Of a stretch of 64,000 nucleotides of DNA, positions 10,284-21,851 are shown piece by piece (within the stretch, counting starts at the first letter, position 1; every line of letters begins with the position of its first letter). Below the pieces are notes generated by a model. It saw nothing but the letters and a program-made list of their open reading frames with translations. It did no database searches and was not told where the DNA came from. A program made the position numbers and the translations under genes. The DNA comes from Octopus bimaculoides (Eukaryota), in contig NC_069005.1 in assembly GCF_001194135.2 (NCBI RefSeq), positions 467,950-531,949 of the forward strand. The letters run 5' to 3'.

Positions 10284-11384
10284 TCAGTGAATTACGAGGA
10301 TGTTAGGCATCCCAAACAGTTGGTAATTTAGTGATTTGGCAATCTGAGCAAAGCCTTCGCTTTCTAGGTGATGGTTGACAAGATATGGTGGGAAGATAAC
10401 TCCACGACGATGCACATTAGCATCAACCAACAGACAAGAGGACCCCACACCATCCAGACTGACCACTTTGCCCTCATGTTTTAGTTCAGGTAAATACTGT
10501 CGTAGAGACTTGTTCGTATAACCTTCCAGCATCAAATATCCGGGCTCTTTTGAATTTAAATATTCTTTTGATTCTTTGGTTTCTCGCCAGGAATTTCGGT
10601 CATAAATATCGAGAATGTTTGGTGCCTTTCGGTACATGCATGAAGGCACCACAATCGGGACGTGAGCGGAGAGTAAAGTTTGGATAAGATCTTGGGGCAC
10701 TTCCCGAAGATCGCTGTCAAGCCAGAGGACGTATTTTTCATCGCGCAAAGCACTCATCAGAAGGAAGTTTCGAACTTGTGCCAACCTCCTGCGACGATTC
10801 AACTGAATTGTCTCGTTATGTTTGTCTGAATGGCTCGCCAACATAAGCGTTGCATCATCTGGAATGTCTAAATTGTAAACTTCAATAGAACGAAATTTGT
10901 GTGAAATCCTCGATATCTGCCGTTTAGCAAGTTTAGGGGAGGGGACTCCGTATTTATCAATGCCGAGTGCAATCCTCAGACGGCAATGGGGATAAGACAA
11001 GGAGTTCAGAAGATTGAAATATTGATGGAAAAAACTGGCGAAATTATCAAATGGAGTCAGTATGAGGATTGATGGGAGGACAAAGAGGCACTCATTCTTG
11101 GTTTCAGAATCTGTCGTTGTGTATTGCATTCTGTCTGTGTTGGGTTGTGAAGTTACCTGTTGTGTAACTGTCCGACAGGTTTGGTTGAGAAGACGGAACG
11201 TATGGTGGCGATAGGCTTTGGCTTCTCTCATGTGTAAGTGGTACAGACATATGTCTAACTTTAGTCGGGCATCAGTCCGAAAAATGTCAGCAGTTATGAG
11301 ATAGGTAAGACTGGATGTAAGTACCACGATACAAAGCATCAGAAGATGCCAGGGTTTTTGGTAAAATATTTTCGGTAGATTCAT
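10284..11384 (-). CDS. Anp1/Mnn9/Van1-family (CAZy GT62) alpha-1,6-mannosyltransferase-like protein, 366 aa, single coding exon
   Basis: Uninterrupted ORF. N-terminal hydrophobic anchor (HLLMLCIVVLTSSLTYLITA). Family motifs ILILTP, LLNSLSYPH, RRRRLAQVRNFLLMSAL, VLWLDSD (DxD), YDRNSW, LEGY, LDGVGSSCLLVDANVHRRGVIFP and HLESEGFAQIAK. Confidence 0.9.
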   Translation of the reverse strand: MNLPKIFYQKPWHLLMLCIVVLTSSLTYLITADIFRTDARLKLDICLYHLHMREAKAYRHHTFRLLNQTCRTVTQQVTSQPNTDRMQYTTTDSETKNECLFVLPSILILTPFDNFASFFHQYFNLLNSLSYPHCRLRIALGIDKYGVPSPKLAKRQISRISHKFRSIEVYNLDIPDDATLMLASHSDKHNETIQLNRRRRLAQVRNFLLMSALRDEKYVLWLDSDLREVPQDLIQTLLSAHVPIVVPSCMYRKAPNILDIYDRNSWRETKESKEYLNSKEPGYLMLEGYTNKSLRQYLPELKHEGKVVSLDGVGSSCLLVDANVHRRGVIFPPYLVNHHLESEGFAQIAKSLNYQLFGMPNILVIH

Positions 11385-11520
11385 GATTCTAGCAGAAGTC
11401 TTGGAGAAATCATTGAAATGGCTTCAACTCTCTATTCCATGGTAGTTATATTTCTGTTCCTTCTTTCTCACCATCAGATTTCTGTACAAGGTTCAATGGA
11501 AAGATTCAAAAGTTGCCATG

Positions 11521-11780
11521 CTAGATAAAAAATAAATAAAAGAAAAGAAAAAGGAAATTAAAAGGCCAGTAATTTGGGGAGAGGAGGTAAGTTGAATACA
11601 TCGACCCCAGTGCATAACGGGTACTTATCTCATCGACTCCGAAAGGATTAAAAGCAAAGACGACTTCGGCAGAATTTGGAATAAAGTTCCGCTAAGCATT
11701 TTGTCCGGCATGCTAACGGTTCTGCCACCTCGCCGCCCTCTGTCGCTCCCTAATTTTATGGCAATTTTTACACGACTTAC
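11521..11780 (-). other. Predicted 5' UTR intron of the GT62 gene, containing a SINE-like repeat
   Basis: Donor CAG|gtaagt at 11780. Acceptor ttttatttattttttatctag| at 11521. Family A repeat at about 11570-11740. Confidence 0.65.
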
Positions 11781-13942
11781 CTGTTTCTTTCGATACGTTA
11801 GGAAATAAGCGAGGTGAATCCACGATCGCTAAGCAACTTAATCTATAGCTTTAGGCTCTACTGCAGAAGATCTATGCAAAATTATAAAGTAAACAGGAAT
11901 AATGTAAACATTAGTATAATAAATAATTAACACTTAATTATTCCCTACAATGAGAGTAATTTGAAGAAGCGAAAGTTTTACGAATCTACACTTTCACTTT
12001 CTATTATTTATTATTATTATTATTATTGAGATGGGAACTAAAGAATATTAATATATTTTTATAAATAGATTTTCTCGGAGTACACAGAATAAGATTCGCA
12101 AAATAAGATAAATTGACGTTTAGAACAAGGCCGGAAGCCTTCTTCGGAAAACATCAGAACTGTCACCTTGCTTACGGAATGGACTTCTTATTTTTGTAGA
12201 CGTATCATTAATTTCTATGAGTTTTCTTGTCTTCTTTCTTTGTTTGCAGACAAAAGAAATGATGGAGTGGATGAAATAAAGCGAAATAATATAAGGAAGG
12301 TTTATAAAATACATAAGTCTCAAGAATCTCAGTGCTATGGAACCACAGGGAGAGAGAGCAACGTAAGGAACAGGAAGCATGAGATGAAAGGATCAACATT
12401 AAAAGTCGAATCAAGCAGTGAATCTCTTGTCATACGAAATGTTAGAATTAATCGTTTTCAAAAAAGAAGGATACGACAACAAAGTCCTGGTTAGAGAAAC
12501 ATAAAATGGGGTGGTCACGAATGGCACGCCTTTGATCAAATGTTTACTCAATCAATGTTAACAGGAGGGTTAAACGATATTAAACTGTCAACGAACAAAA
12601 GCAGATAAAATAAAGGAAACGATTAGTTTTGATATTAAAACAACAAAGAGTAAATAAATACCTTTTTAACCAAAATACTGGCGACTTACTTTTCTTCTTC
12701 CGAAAACCATTCCTTTGGAAAAGTCGGTGATCTTTTATAAAACCCTAAATCTCTTAAACTGTTATTATAGAATCAGAAAAAAATCTGTTGCTTAAAAGTG
12801 GTTGGCACACGGTTGGCAATGTCTTCTTCCTGCTGAGACGAGCGGAGAAATTGTTTTTTCTTTCAGGCCCAAAATAAAAGAAAAAATTCTGGAAGGAATA
12901 ATTGAATGTGAAACAGCAAATAACACAAACATGAGAGAGAAAAAAAAAACAAAGGAAAATATTAGCAAAAGTAATTTACGTTAATTTTAAATGGATTATA
13001 CCTTTAATGAGTTTTTTCTTCTTCTTCTTCTCGTTCGTGTCCTACTTTCTAACTAAAGTATATTTGTAGTTTTATATCAACAAGTGTGGCAGATTGAGTT
13101 TATTATGGCCAACAGGTAGAGGAAGGCAGAGAGGGGGAGGCGTAAATAGAGGGAGAGAAAGAGAGAGAGAGAGGGGGGAGAGACAGACAGAGATGAGCAA
13201 GAATGGATTCGAGTGGGGGGAAATAGAAGGAAAAAGAAAAGAGAGCAAAAAGTTAGGGTAAAAGGAAGATAAAGAACAGGAAGGGAATTAAATCATTCAT
13301 ACATACGCACACGCACACATATATACACACAGACACACACACGACGCACAAACACGAATATAGCGCGCGCGCTTTTACTTTTATTGGTTTCAGTCAGGGT
13401 TCGTGGCCATGCTGGGGCACTGCCATCATTCTGATTATTGACATATTTCAGCTCACTCTCACGGTTTTCTGTGTTGAATGAGGAAGCTGAACACCATTCT
13501 TTGTGTTTCTTGCCACGGCGGAGGTTCATCTGGTATTTGAGATAAAAATTTGTCTAAATTGTTCTTTGAATTAATCCCTATCTTATAATACCTTGTAGAT
13601 CTTTTGGGAGATGGTGTCGGCAAGGAATTGAAACGCTGTGTTTCGGTATTGGTTCCTTACTTTTGGTGGAACAGTTGAGATCTTTGGTACTATGCAGTGG
13701 CGAGTTTAGGGGTTGCCATAGCTTTCAATCCTAGAGTTAGATGCTAGATCCTCTGGTATATTCCATGTGTGTGTGTGCATGTCTGTGTGTCTGTGAGCTG
13801 TATGAAACTATCTTCCCCTGCTCAGCCCCTTATTTCAACAATACACTTTATTCTATTCTAAAAACTCCATTGTAACAGCTCTGCAACAATGCTTAGATAC
13901 ATAAATTCCATGCTCTAAAAACTGAGGCTTGGCTAGGCCGGT

Positions 13943-14224
13943 TTGCCGAACTTTCCATATTCGCCCGACTTTGAGCCTTCAGATCTCCATTTGTTTGGGT
14001 CTCTTCAAAATTCATTGAATAGACAAACCCTCAACTATGAAGAGCATGCAGAAAGTCACAGCAGGAAATTTTTTGAGCTGGGAATAATAGCTCTGCCCAC
14101 AAGAAGGCAGAAGATACTGGACAGAAACGGTAATTATATCACTGATTGAGTAAATCACTGATTGAGTTTAAAACTCGTTTATTTTCGTTTAAAAAAACCG
14201 AACGGACTTTTTGGCTAAACCAAA
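13943..14224 (+). mobile_element. Mariner transposase 3' remnant with TIR-like end
   Basis: FPYSPDFEPSDLHLFGSLQNSL...FFELGIIALPTRRQKILDRNGNYITD* (YSPDLAPSD-type motif), followed by aaaaccgaacggactttttggctaaaccaaa. Confidence 0.85.
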
Positions 14225-15084
14225 ATGATTCAGTTTTTCTTCATTTTTAAGGATACATTGAATAATATATTCGTAAAAAAGAATCCGATGATTGCAGACG
14301 ACAACTGACGACATTTTGAGGGGGTTTTTGTCTCTTTTTTTCCTTCCCACTTTCACCCTTCTCCCCCTCCTTCTCACTCTTTCTGCCTTTATAAGTTATT
14401 CTCCCCGTCCTCTCGATTTCTCCTCCCCTGCCTCCCGTTTCCAATCACCTAGTCTTTCCCCCACTCACCCTCTCTCTCTATCTCTATCTATCTATCTGTC
14501 CGTCCGTCTGTCTGTCTGACATCTGCAGCTCATCTTTTATCATTCTCGCGCTTTCTCTTCCACTCCCACCCCCACTCCCATATAATCCGACGTCGGAGTG
14601 TTTCTGTTGTTTTGACCTTTGACCTTCATCCATTCTCAGCCGACAACATTCCCGACAAATCCAGTCTCAAAACATAGACTCACACAGACGCACGCGAACA
14701 CACACACACACACACACAAGTTAAGCGATGGCGGAGAAGGAAAAGTAATAAATGATTTCGTGTCACGACTGAATTCCTGCGTTGGCACCATAAAAAATAG
14801 TTGGAATGAGGAAGTTCTTGTTTGTGGAATGTAAAACAACAACAACAGTTCGAGACAATGAGGGAAATACAGGGCGTCGCTCAATCTGTTAGAAATAACA
14901 GCTAACCTCCCTCAAACTTCATCCAGCTGTCTTTAAAAAATATAATATGATCTTCACAAGAGAGTATGGGCAATGGCTATGGGTGGAATGTCTTGTGATG
15001 ACAGACCTGATTGATCAGAACTGGTCCGGTGGGAAGATACTGACACAAATAATCTACCCAATATTTTTTATCTCTCACTTGTTT

Positions 15085-15405
15085 TAGTCATTAGACTGCG
15101 GCCATGCTGGGGCATCGCCTTGGAGATACTATAGTTGAATGAATAGACACTAGTACTTGTTTACTTTTAAGCCCGGTACTTATTCTATCGGTCTCTTTTG
15201 CCGAAACGCTAAGTTACGGGAACGTAAACATACCAACAGCGGGTCACGGACACAAACACACACGCACATACATACAACAGGTTTTTTTTTTTCAGTTTCC
15301 GTCTAGCAAATCCACCCATAAAGCTTTGGTCGGCCTGGGGCTATAGTAGAAGACACTTGCCCAAGGTGTCACGCAGCAGGACTGAACCTGGAACCATGTG
15401 ATTGA
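15085..15405 (+). mobile_element. SINE-like interspersed repeat (family B)
   Basis: gcggccatgctggggca...gccgaaacgctaagttacggg...tatagtagaagacacttgcccaagg...gaacctggaaccatgtg. Partial copies at 7730-7880, 41315-41575 and 43860-44010. Confidence 0.7.
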
Positions 15406-16079
15406 GAATTCGTTTGATTCGAACCTTTGATTCGAACCTTTCCCCACTTAATTTTTTTTTTATGAGATTTGGCTGTTATTTCTAGCATGTAAATAGCCTG
15501 CTTGGAGCTGTGTGGAAATTGAAATTTTACAAACAATATTTTTTCANNNNNNNNNNNNNNNNNNNNNNNNNNNNNNNNNNNNNNNNNNNNNNNNNNNNNN
15601 NNNNNNNNNNNNNNNNNNNNNNNNNNNNNNNNNNNNNNNNNNNNNNNNNNNNNNNNNNNNNNNNNNNNNNNNNNNNNNNNNNNNNNNNNNNNNNNNNNNN
15701 NNNNNNNNNNNNNNNNNNNNNNNNNNNNNNNNNNNNNNNNNNNNNNNNNNNNNNNNNNNNNNNNNNNNNNNNNNNNNNNNNNNNNNNNNNNNNNNNNNNN
15801 NNNNNNNNNNNNNNNNNNNNNNNNNNNNNNNNNNNNNNNNNNNNNNNNNNNNNNNNNNNNNNNNNNNNNNNNNNNNNNNNNNNNNNNNNNNNNNNNNNNN
15901 NNNNNNNNNNNNNNNNNNNNNNNNNNNNNNNNNNNNNNNNNNNNNNNNNNNNNNNNNAGAAATGAAATTAAATTGCGGTCAAAGGGAGATAACCGAAGCC
16001 AACAAATGGAAGGGAAACAACTCAAAATAATTGATTTCTGATTCAGACGCAACAAATGGAATTTCGACAACTTAAAAAT

Positions 16080-16164
<85 letters not shown>

Positions 16165-16400
16165 CAATTTCTTTTCATTCAATTTAATTTTCTGTTGCAG
16201 ATTTAGTCTGTTTAGAAAGACTTCCTTCGCATTTTTTTTTCTTTTCATTTTCTCATTCAGAACTTTGTTCAGCTCCAAAATGTCCAGGTATTTGTATCCG
16301 ATATGCTCATGGTCACCAATTGATAGTCTATCAGAAGATTCGGTCCCGCAATTACATAGAAGCCTACCTCTTTTCACAGTCAGGGTGGCACACTTTACAT
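16165..16400 (-). mobile_element. R4/Dong-like reverse transcriptase C-terminal fragment (inverted)
   Basis: KCATLTVKRGRLLCNCGTESSDRLSIGDHEHIGYKYLDILELNKVLNEKMKRKKNAKEV...KLN, containing the GYKYLGILE-type motif. Abuts (TAG)n at about 16079-16165. Confidence 0.75.
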
Positions 16401-16407
16401 GACCCTA

Positions 16408-16945
16408 CACTCAGATAAAACAAATAAGTGTAGATTATGTGGGAAGTGTGACGTGCTTACACAGGGAGAATGTAAAAGATATCTCGATAAAGTGTGCTTA
16501 TGCATCCACTGGTCTTTACGCAAGAAATATAAATTTCTCTGAGAAATAGTATCGGCACAAACAAGAGAACGTCATAGAAAATCAGGCTGTGAAGCTCTTG
16601 TGAGACTTTACATTCCAGACAAAGAGTTCTTGAAGTTATGCAAGGCATAACTCTGGTGAAGAAAAGTACAGTATGGAGGTGTTTGTTGATTGATGTAGCT
16701 TGGCCGGAAGATCATTATATCAACGATAAAGAAAACCAGGAAAGTTGTAAAATATTCAGAGCTGAGAATAGATGTTGAGAGAGTGAGGAATATGAAAGTA
16801 AGAATGGTACGAATTGTGACTGAAACACTTGGGTTCGTGACAAAAAGTCCCCAGAAACATTTTGGCATGATTAGAATCAGTCACAGCATTATGACATTGC
16901 AAAAGACAACGATTTGGGGAATTGAAAATATCCCGTGGAGCGAAC
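16408..16945 (+). mobile_element. R4/Dong-like zinc knuckle plus restriction-like endonuclease fragment
   Basis: SDKTNKCRLCGK...CIHWSLRKKY...ENVIENQAVKLL*DFTFQT...CLLIDVAWPED...KYSELRIDVERVRNMKVRMVRIVTETLGFV...LQKTTIWG; degenerate. Confidence 0.8.
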
Positions 16946-17939
16946 ATTTTTTCTGAGGTTGTATGATATGATAGGGAGTCAAACAATCCAATGTTAACAG
17001 AATCATTACTATGCAGATGAAGAAATAATAAGAAACTCTGCCTCTCTCTGGCAATCTTCCATTCCGATCTCAGTTTAGCGGAATGAGCACAATAGCATCT
17101 AAAAGTGTCACCTTCGTCTTCAAAATCAGAAAATGTTCCAGCACAGAACTGTTGTTAAAAGCTCTTCGGGTATTAAAGCCACATCGAAATGTTACTCACA
17201 CATCTGGTTCAGCTTTGTTACAACACAGAAATATTTAAGACAATATTCCTCCACACTATCCAGGTTACTTGATTGTAACCTGGTCTCTATGGCTGAATGC
17301 CCTTCCTAATGCCAACTACTTTACAGAGCGTACTGGGTGCTTTTATGTAGCACCAACACAGGTGATTTTTATGTGACACCAGCACCTACGAACCCATGAG
17401 ATTAGGGATACTCAACTGGAGAGTGTTGCAGGGGATGAGCCTGTATGCAAGGCCAACCATGTTTTTACTTAGCCTGACATGTCTTTTCAAGCTCAGCAAA
17501 CCACCAGGGGTCTTGGTCCCCTGTCATCCCCTCTGTGAGTCCCAACATCTGTAGATCCTTTCTAACCACTTTGTCCCATGTCATCCTGGGTCTACCCTTT
17601 CCACATGTTCCCTCCACAATAAGAGATCAACACCTCTTGATGCAGCCGTCTTCATTCATATGCATTACATGGCCATACCAAAGCAGTATTCTCTCTTGCA
17701 CACAACATCTGATGTCGTGTGTATATACACACATTCGTATATATATGTGTATGTGTGTGTGTATGTGTGTATGTATGTCTATGTATGTATGTACATATAC
17801 ACACATATGCATGCACACGCTGTGTAGTCAGGCTAAATTTGACATTTTGCAGGACAAGAATAGAAAACACAATTACCCATCCAAAATTAAAAGTATTTTT
17901 TAAAAAATCAAAAAAAAATATCAACAAGATTATGGCTGG

Positions 17940-18830
17940 GAGATGAAAGTTTTGCCAAAGTAGCCACCCTCAGCTTCCACCATGACCTCAACACAGCTCT
18001 GGAACTTGGCATTTATGTTGTTCACTGTGTCCGGGAAGATCTTTGGACACCTCCCTGATCTTGACCACCAGTTCAGCTGTGGTGTTGCAAGCAGTGGGGT
18101 CATTGTCTTTCTCAACTGCAGTCCACACACAATAATCCATGGCGTTAAAATGAGGGGAATTAAGAGGCCAGAAATTTGGGTTGTTGAAGAGGGAGAAATT
18201 CTCTGATAACCACTTCTAACTCTTTCTGGAGGTATGGCAAGGAGCCAAATCCTGCTGCCACACATATGGCCTTCCAGCAACAACTCCCTCCAGCTACAGC
18301 TTGACCAATCTCCAGCGGCTTCATATAGCTGTATGAATTGAGCCTAAGGCCCTTCTCAAAGATGTGGGGACGAATTCTGGTGTGTGGATACAGTCAGAAC
18401 ACTTGCTGTGTCCCTTCCTGCAGGCGACGGCTTCATAGTCTCAGTTGTGGCTGTCCTTAGTTTTTACAGTGTCTAAAGACGATTGAACAGCAGTCATGAT
18501 GTCAGCCTTTTGATAACCTGTGCAAATCATCATGATACAGGTAACTCTTTTCCAATATTCAGATGACTTCCAGTCAGTTAACCTTTTCTCTGCACAATTT
18601 TGCCATTTTATTGGCAGCTTATTTATGTCAGCAGCAAAGAATTCTGTAGAGTAAGAGGTGGTGAAATCACGAAAGGCTGTTTTTGCATCTTCTTCAGATT
18701 TGAAGTTTTTTTCCTTGCAAAAAGTTGTCTAATGCCTGGAACATGTGATAGTCAGTTGGTGCAAAGTCTGATGAATATGGTGGATGACAGCATAAAATAT
18801 TACAGTTAACAACTGTCAAACTTGGTGTGT
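17940..18830 (-). mobile_element. Decayed maT-like Tc1/mariner transposase
   Basis: Frameshifted pieces VAGRPYVWQQD.APCHTSRK...FWPLNSPHFNAMDYCVWTAVEK and VMVEAEGGYF. Similar to the copy at 32690-33190. Outer boundaries are approximate. Confidence 0.75.
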
Positions 18831-19639
18831 AAGAAAATCGGACATTTCATTCTTAATGACCTGATGCTTCCTTCTCCTTAAAGAGGAGAACAAAAGTTGA
18901 TTATGGTAAACATTAAAAACTGTAATATTCTGGCCAAGTTATCAGGGCTCAGAATTTCTGCCTTCATCCTCAGGGACTGGATAAATAGAAAATGGGTTGA
19001 AGGGTGTCAAAGATTAAGATGAAGTGAAAGTGTAAAGAGGTAGAATGGGGAGGTCCTTGACATAGCATATAGCTGCTGCACTGGATCACAGTGTATGAGG
19101 TCCCATGAGGATAAGAATTATTATTAATTTCTCTATTCCAGCATCATAAAATATTCTGACAGCAATGAAGCATAGGAGATTCTACCATGATCAAGAAATA
19201 GTTGAACTCCAATCTGACAGGAATATAAATTCAATTATAGAAATATAATTAGGGAAGAGAAGTTCTGGAATGACCATTTGCTATTAAACATCCAGGGCCC
19301 CGCATATGATCGTCCTGTTTTTACTTTCCTGTTAGCAACATCACCAGGTCTTTGACTACCTTAAAGAGGGCCCATTCTGTAGCAAGGATTTAGACAAGGT
19401 CTGCAATTTGTGGATGATTTTTTTGTCTGTTTATGCCACAAATGTCATATGACCGAGAAAGAATCATGGGGAGGGCTTCCAAGAGAAATATTGCAAAGCA
19501 AAAATATAGATAAACTGATTTAAGCTCATCCTAGGTAGCAAAAACTATTGACCATATCCTGTGAGTTGTCCATTCATGACTATACACTCATATTGCTCAT
19601 TGTTGTTGTACATCTATCACAATTCAAACTCTGTTGAGT

Positions 19640-19795
19640 TCCTGGTACCCTAGCAGAGATCTAACTGCATCTTTGTACCCCTTTTATAAGTGGCCGAATT
19701 CTGGCACAGCCTGAAGACTGAAGACCAGTGTATAAGCAAATTACGAGCATTCCATCGTTTATGTTTGCCAAAGCGAATTAGAAAAATTCTTGGAT
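19640..19795 (+). mobile_element. RTE-clade LINE C-terminal remnant
   Basis: VPLL*VAEFWHSLKTEDQCISKLRAFHRLCLPKRIRKILG resembles the RTE LLYGxETW...KLxAFHxRCLRRILG segment. Confidence 0.6.
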
Positions 19796-20492
19796 AAAAT
19801 AATGATCTTTTGTTTGTTTATGGCTATAAACCCTGCTCTTTGTTTTTTGGTTATTTTTCAAATTACCATTCTTAAATGTAATTTTTTTGTTTATTATTTA
19901 TTTTTTATTTTACAGTTTGTAATATCAAATCATTTAAAACACGAACTTTATAAACATTTATAGAAATTTATCTTTGAGGAAAAAATATCAAAATGGGAAG
20001 AGAAAATTGATGCAAGTATTGTAAAATAATGTTTTTATTAAATGTTATATTTATTTTTTCACTAATAAATGTCAAAGAAATTTGTTGTCTGAAAGAGAGA
20101 GGGACAATACATGTATATATGTATGTGCGTCTTTCTGTTTGTCTTTTCCACCGCCCCTTGGCAACCGGTGTTGGTTTATTTACGTTCCCATAACTTAGAG
20201 GTTCAGCAAAAGAGACCTATAAAATAAGTTCTAGATTTTTTTTTTTTTATGTATTGAGATCGACTCAATCCTTCAAGGTGATGCTCCTGCTTGGCCGCAA
20301 TCCAGGAACTGAAATAAAAGAATTTTTTTTTTTTTAAATAAATAAAATTTAAACTAAAATAGGGAAAATAGGGAAAAGCGATTGAGGCAAAGAAGTTGTC
20401 GTCTGGTAAAGTGACTTGAGTGGTCGTCGCCTCTGCAGTGAAATAGAACAACGAGAGTCATTGATTGTGTTTCACGACAGAGGCTCGGAGTA

Positions 20493-20501
20493 AACATGGC
20501 G
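20493..20501 (+). promoter_or_regulatory. YY1-like motif (aacatggcg) in the probable AKAP10 promoter/5' region
   Basis: Matches AANATGGCG within a CpG-containing stretch about 230 nt upstream of the AKAP10 ATG. Motif match only. Confidence 0.35.
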
Positions 20502-20728
20502 CCTGCCAAACTCTGAGGAATCACTCTGGCAAATACAAACGGGAAAATATCGAAATTGTACATATTTTACCGGCTTTTTAAATTTTATTTTACATCTTTC
20601 TATTTGTTTTTTTATAATGGCACAGGACATAAACTTGTTGTTTCTAAAATACAAGCTCAGGAGGCTGTAAGCCAACACCAACCATCATTATTATTATTGT
20701 TATTATTATTATTAATATTATTATCAAA

Positions 20729-20753
20729 ATGCCGCTTTTCAAGAGGAAATCAG
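20729..20753 (+). CDS. AKAP10: AKAP10 coding exon 1 (MPLFKRKS)
   Basis: aaaATG CCG CTT TTC AAG AGG AAA TCA G|gtaaga. Resembles the MSFFRRK segment of AKAP10; phase 1 fits the downstream exons. Confidence 0.75.
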
Positions 20754-21138
20754 GTAAGATGCGAGTTTCTTGTTTTAACAACACCAAATAGCTTAGTCAG
20801 GTTATTTGTTTTATATCAATCTCTCATCTATTTTCATCGTCTCACCTATCTCGTTCCGTTTACCTTATTTATGATGTTGGATGTCTTATTAATTGTAAAA
20901 CGATACTGAATGTGGTCATTGCAGCCAATGTTTTTGTGTGCATGTTATTGTATTATATCATAAAATAATTGTGTTGTGTTTTCGTCGTCCTTGAAACAAT
21001 CGTCACTGCCGTCTTGCTGAAGACGTTGTCTTTGGAGTTGCATGTGTCTTAAACGTCAGTGAAAACTCCACCCTCCTGGAAGGGTGACAATCCCCTCAAA
21101 CAACTAACCTTTATTTATACATACATACATATGTATAT

Positions 21139-21202
<64 letters not shown>

Positions 21203-21582
21203 ACTCTCCCGTCCTAAATTCATTGTTAAAAGCATTAAATAAACTCGGTGCTGTATTATTATTACACATAGTATTTCTATTTAAAAGGTGCATCAAGTTA
21301 ATATCCGTGTTTTGGACGCGGTCCCTTAATTATTTATTGTCTCTGCTCTCGTCTTTGCTGCATGTTGTGTTTCTGTTGTTGTCAAGGATTTTCAACATAC
21401 CCACCTCCTTTNNNNNNNNNNNNNNNNNNNNNNNNNNNNNNNNNNNNNNNNNNNNNNNNNNNNNNNNNNNNNNNNNNNNNNNNNNNNNNNNNNNNNNNNN
21501 NNNNNNNNNNNNNNNNNNNNNNNNNNNNNNNNNNTTTTTTTTTTTTTTAACAGGAAACTCACTAAAAATAATGTGGCGTGTA

Positions 21583-21617
<35 letters not shown>

Positions 21618-21816
21618 GTGGAGTAGATTGAGTCGGTTTCCTAGTTGAACACTATCACCTGGCATGGTGGATACCTTTCGTGGAGTCGTTCGGACCAGAT
21701 CTTCACACTGAGGGTATCATCCTCCCTTCTTCCTCTAACAATCCAAAAAGGGCCATGGTCGTTCCTTCCTAACTGGCTAAAGATTACACACGCAAACACG
21801 TATGGATGTTTGTGTG

Positions 21817-21851
<35 letters not shown>

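Noticed and set aside
10284-11384. Possibility that the GT62 ORF is fungal contamination
   Set aside because: It is contiguous on its 5' side with host-type repeats and has a plausible GT-AG 5' UTR intron containing a host SINE-like element. Long-read confirmation is still desirable because an N-gap lies about 0.9 kb from its 3' end.
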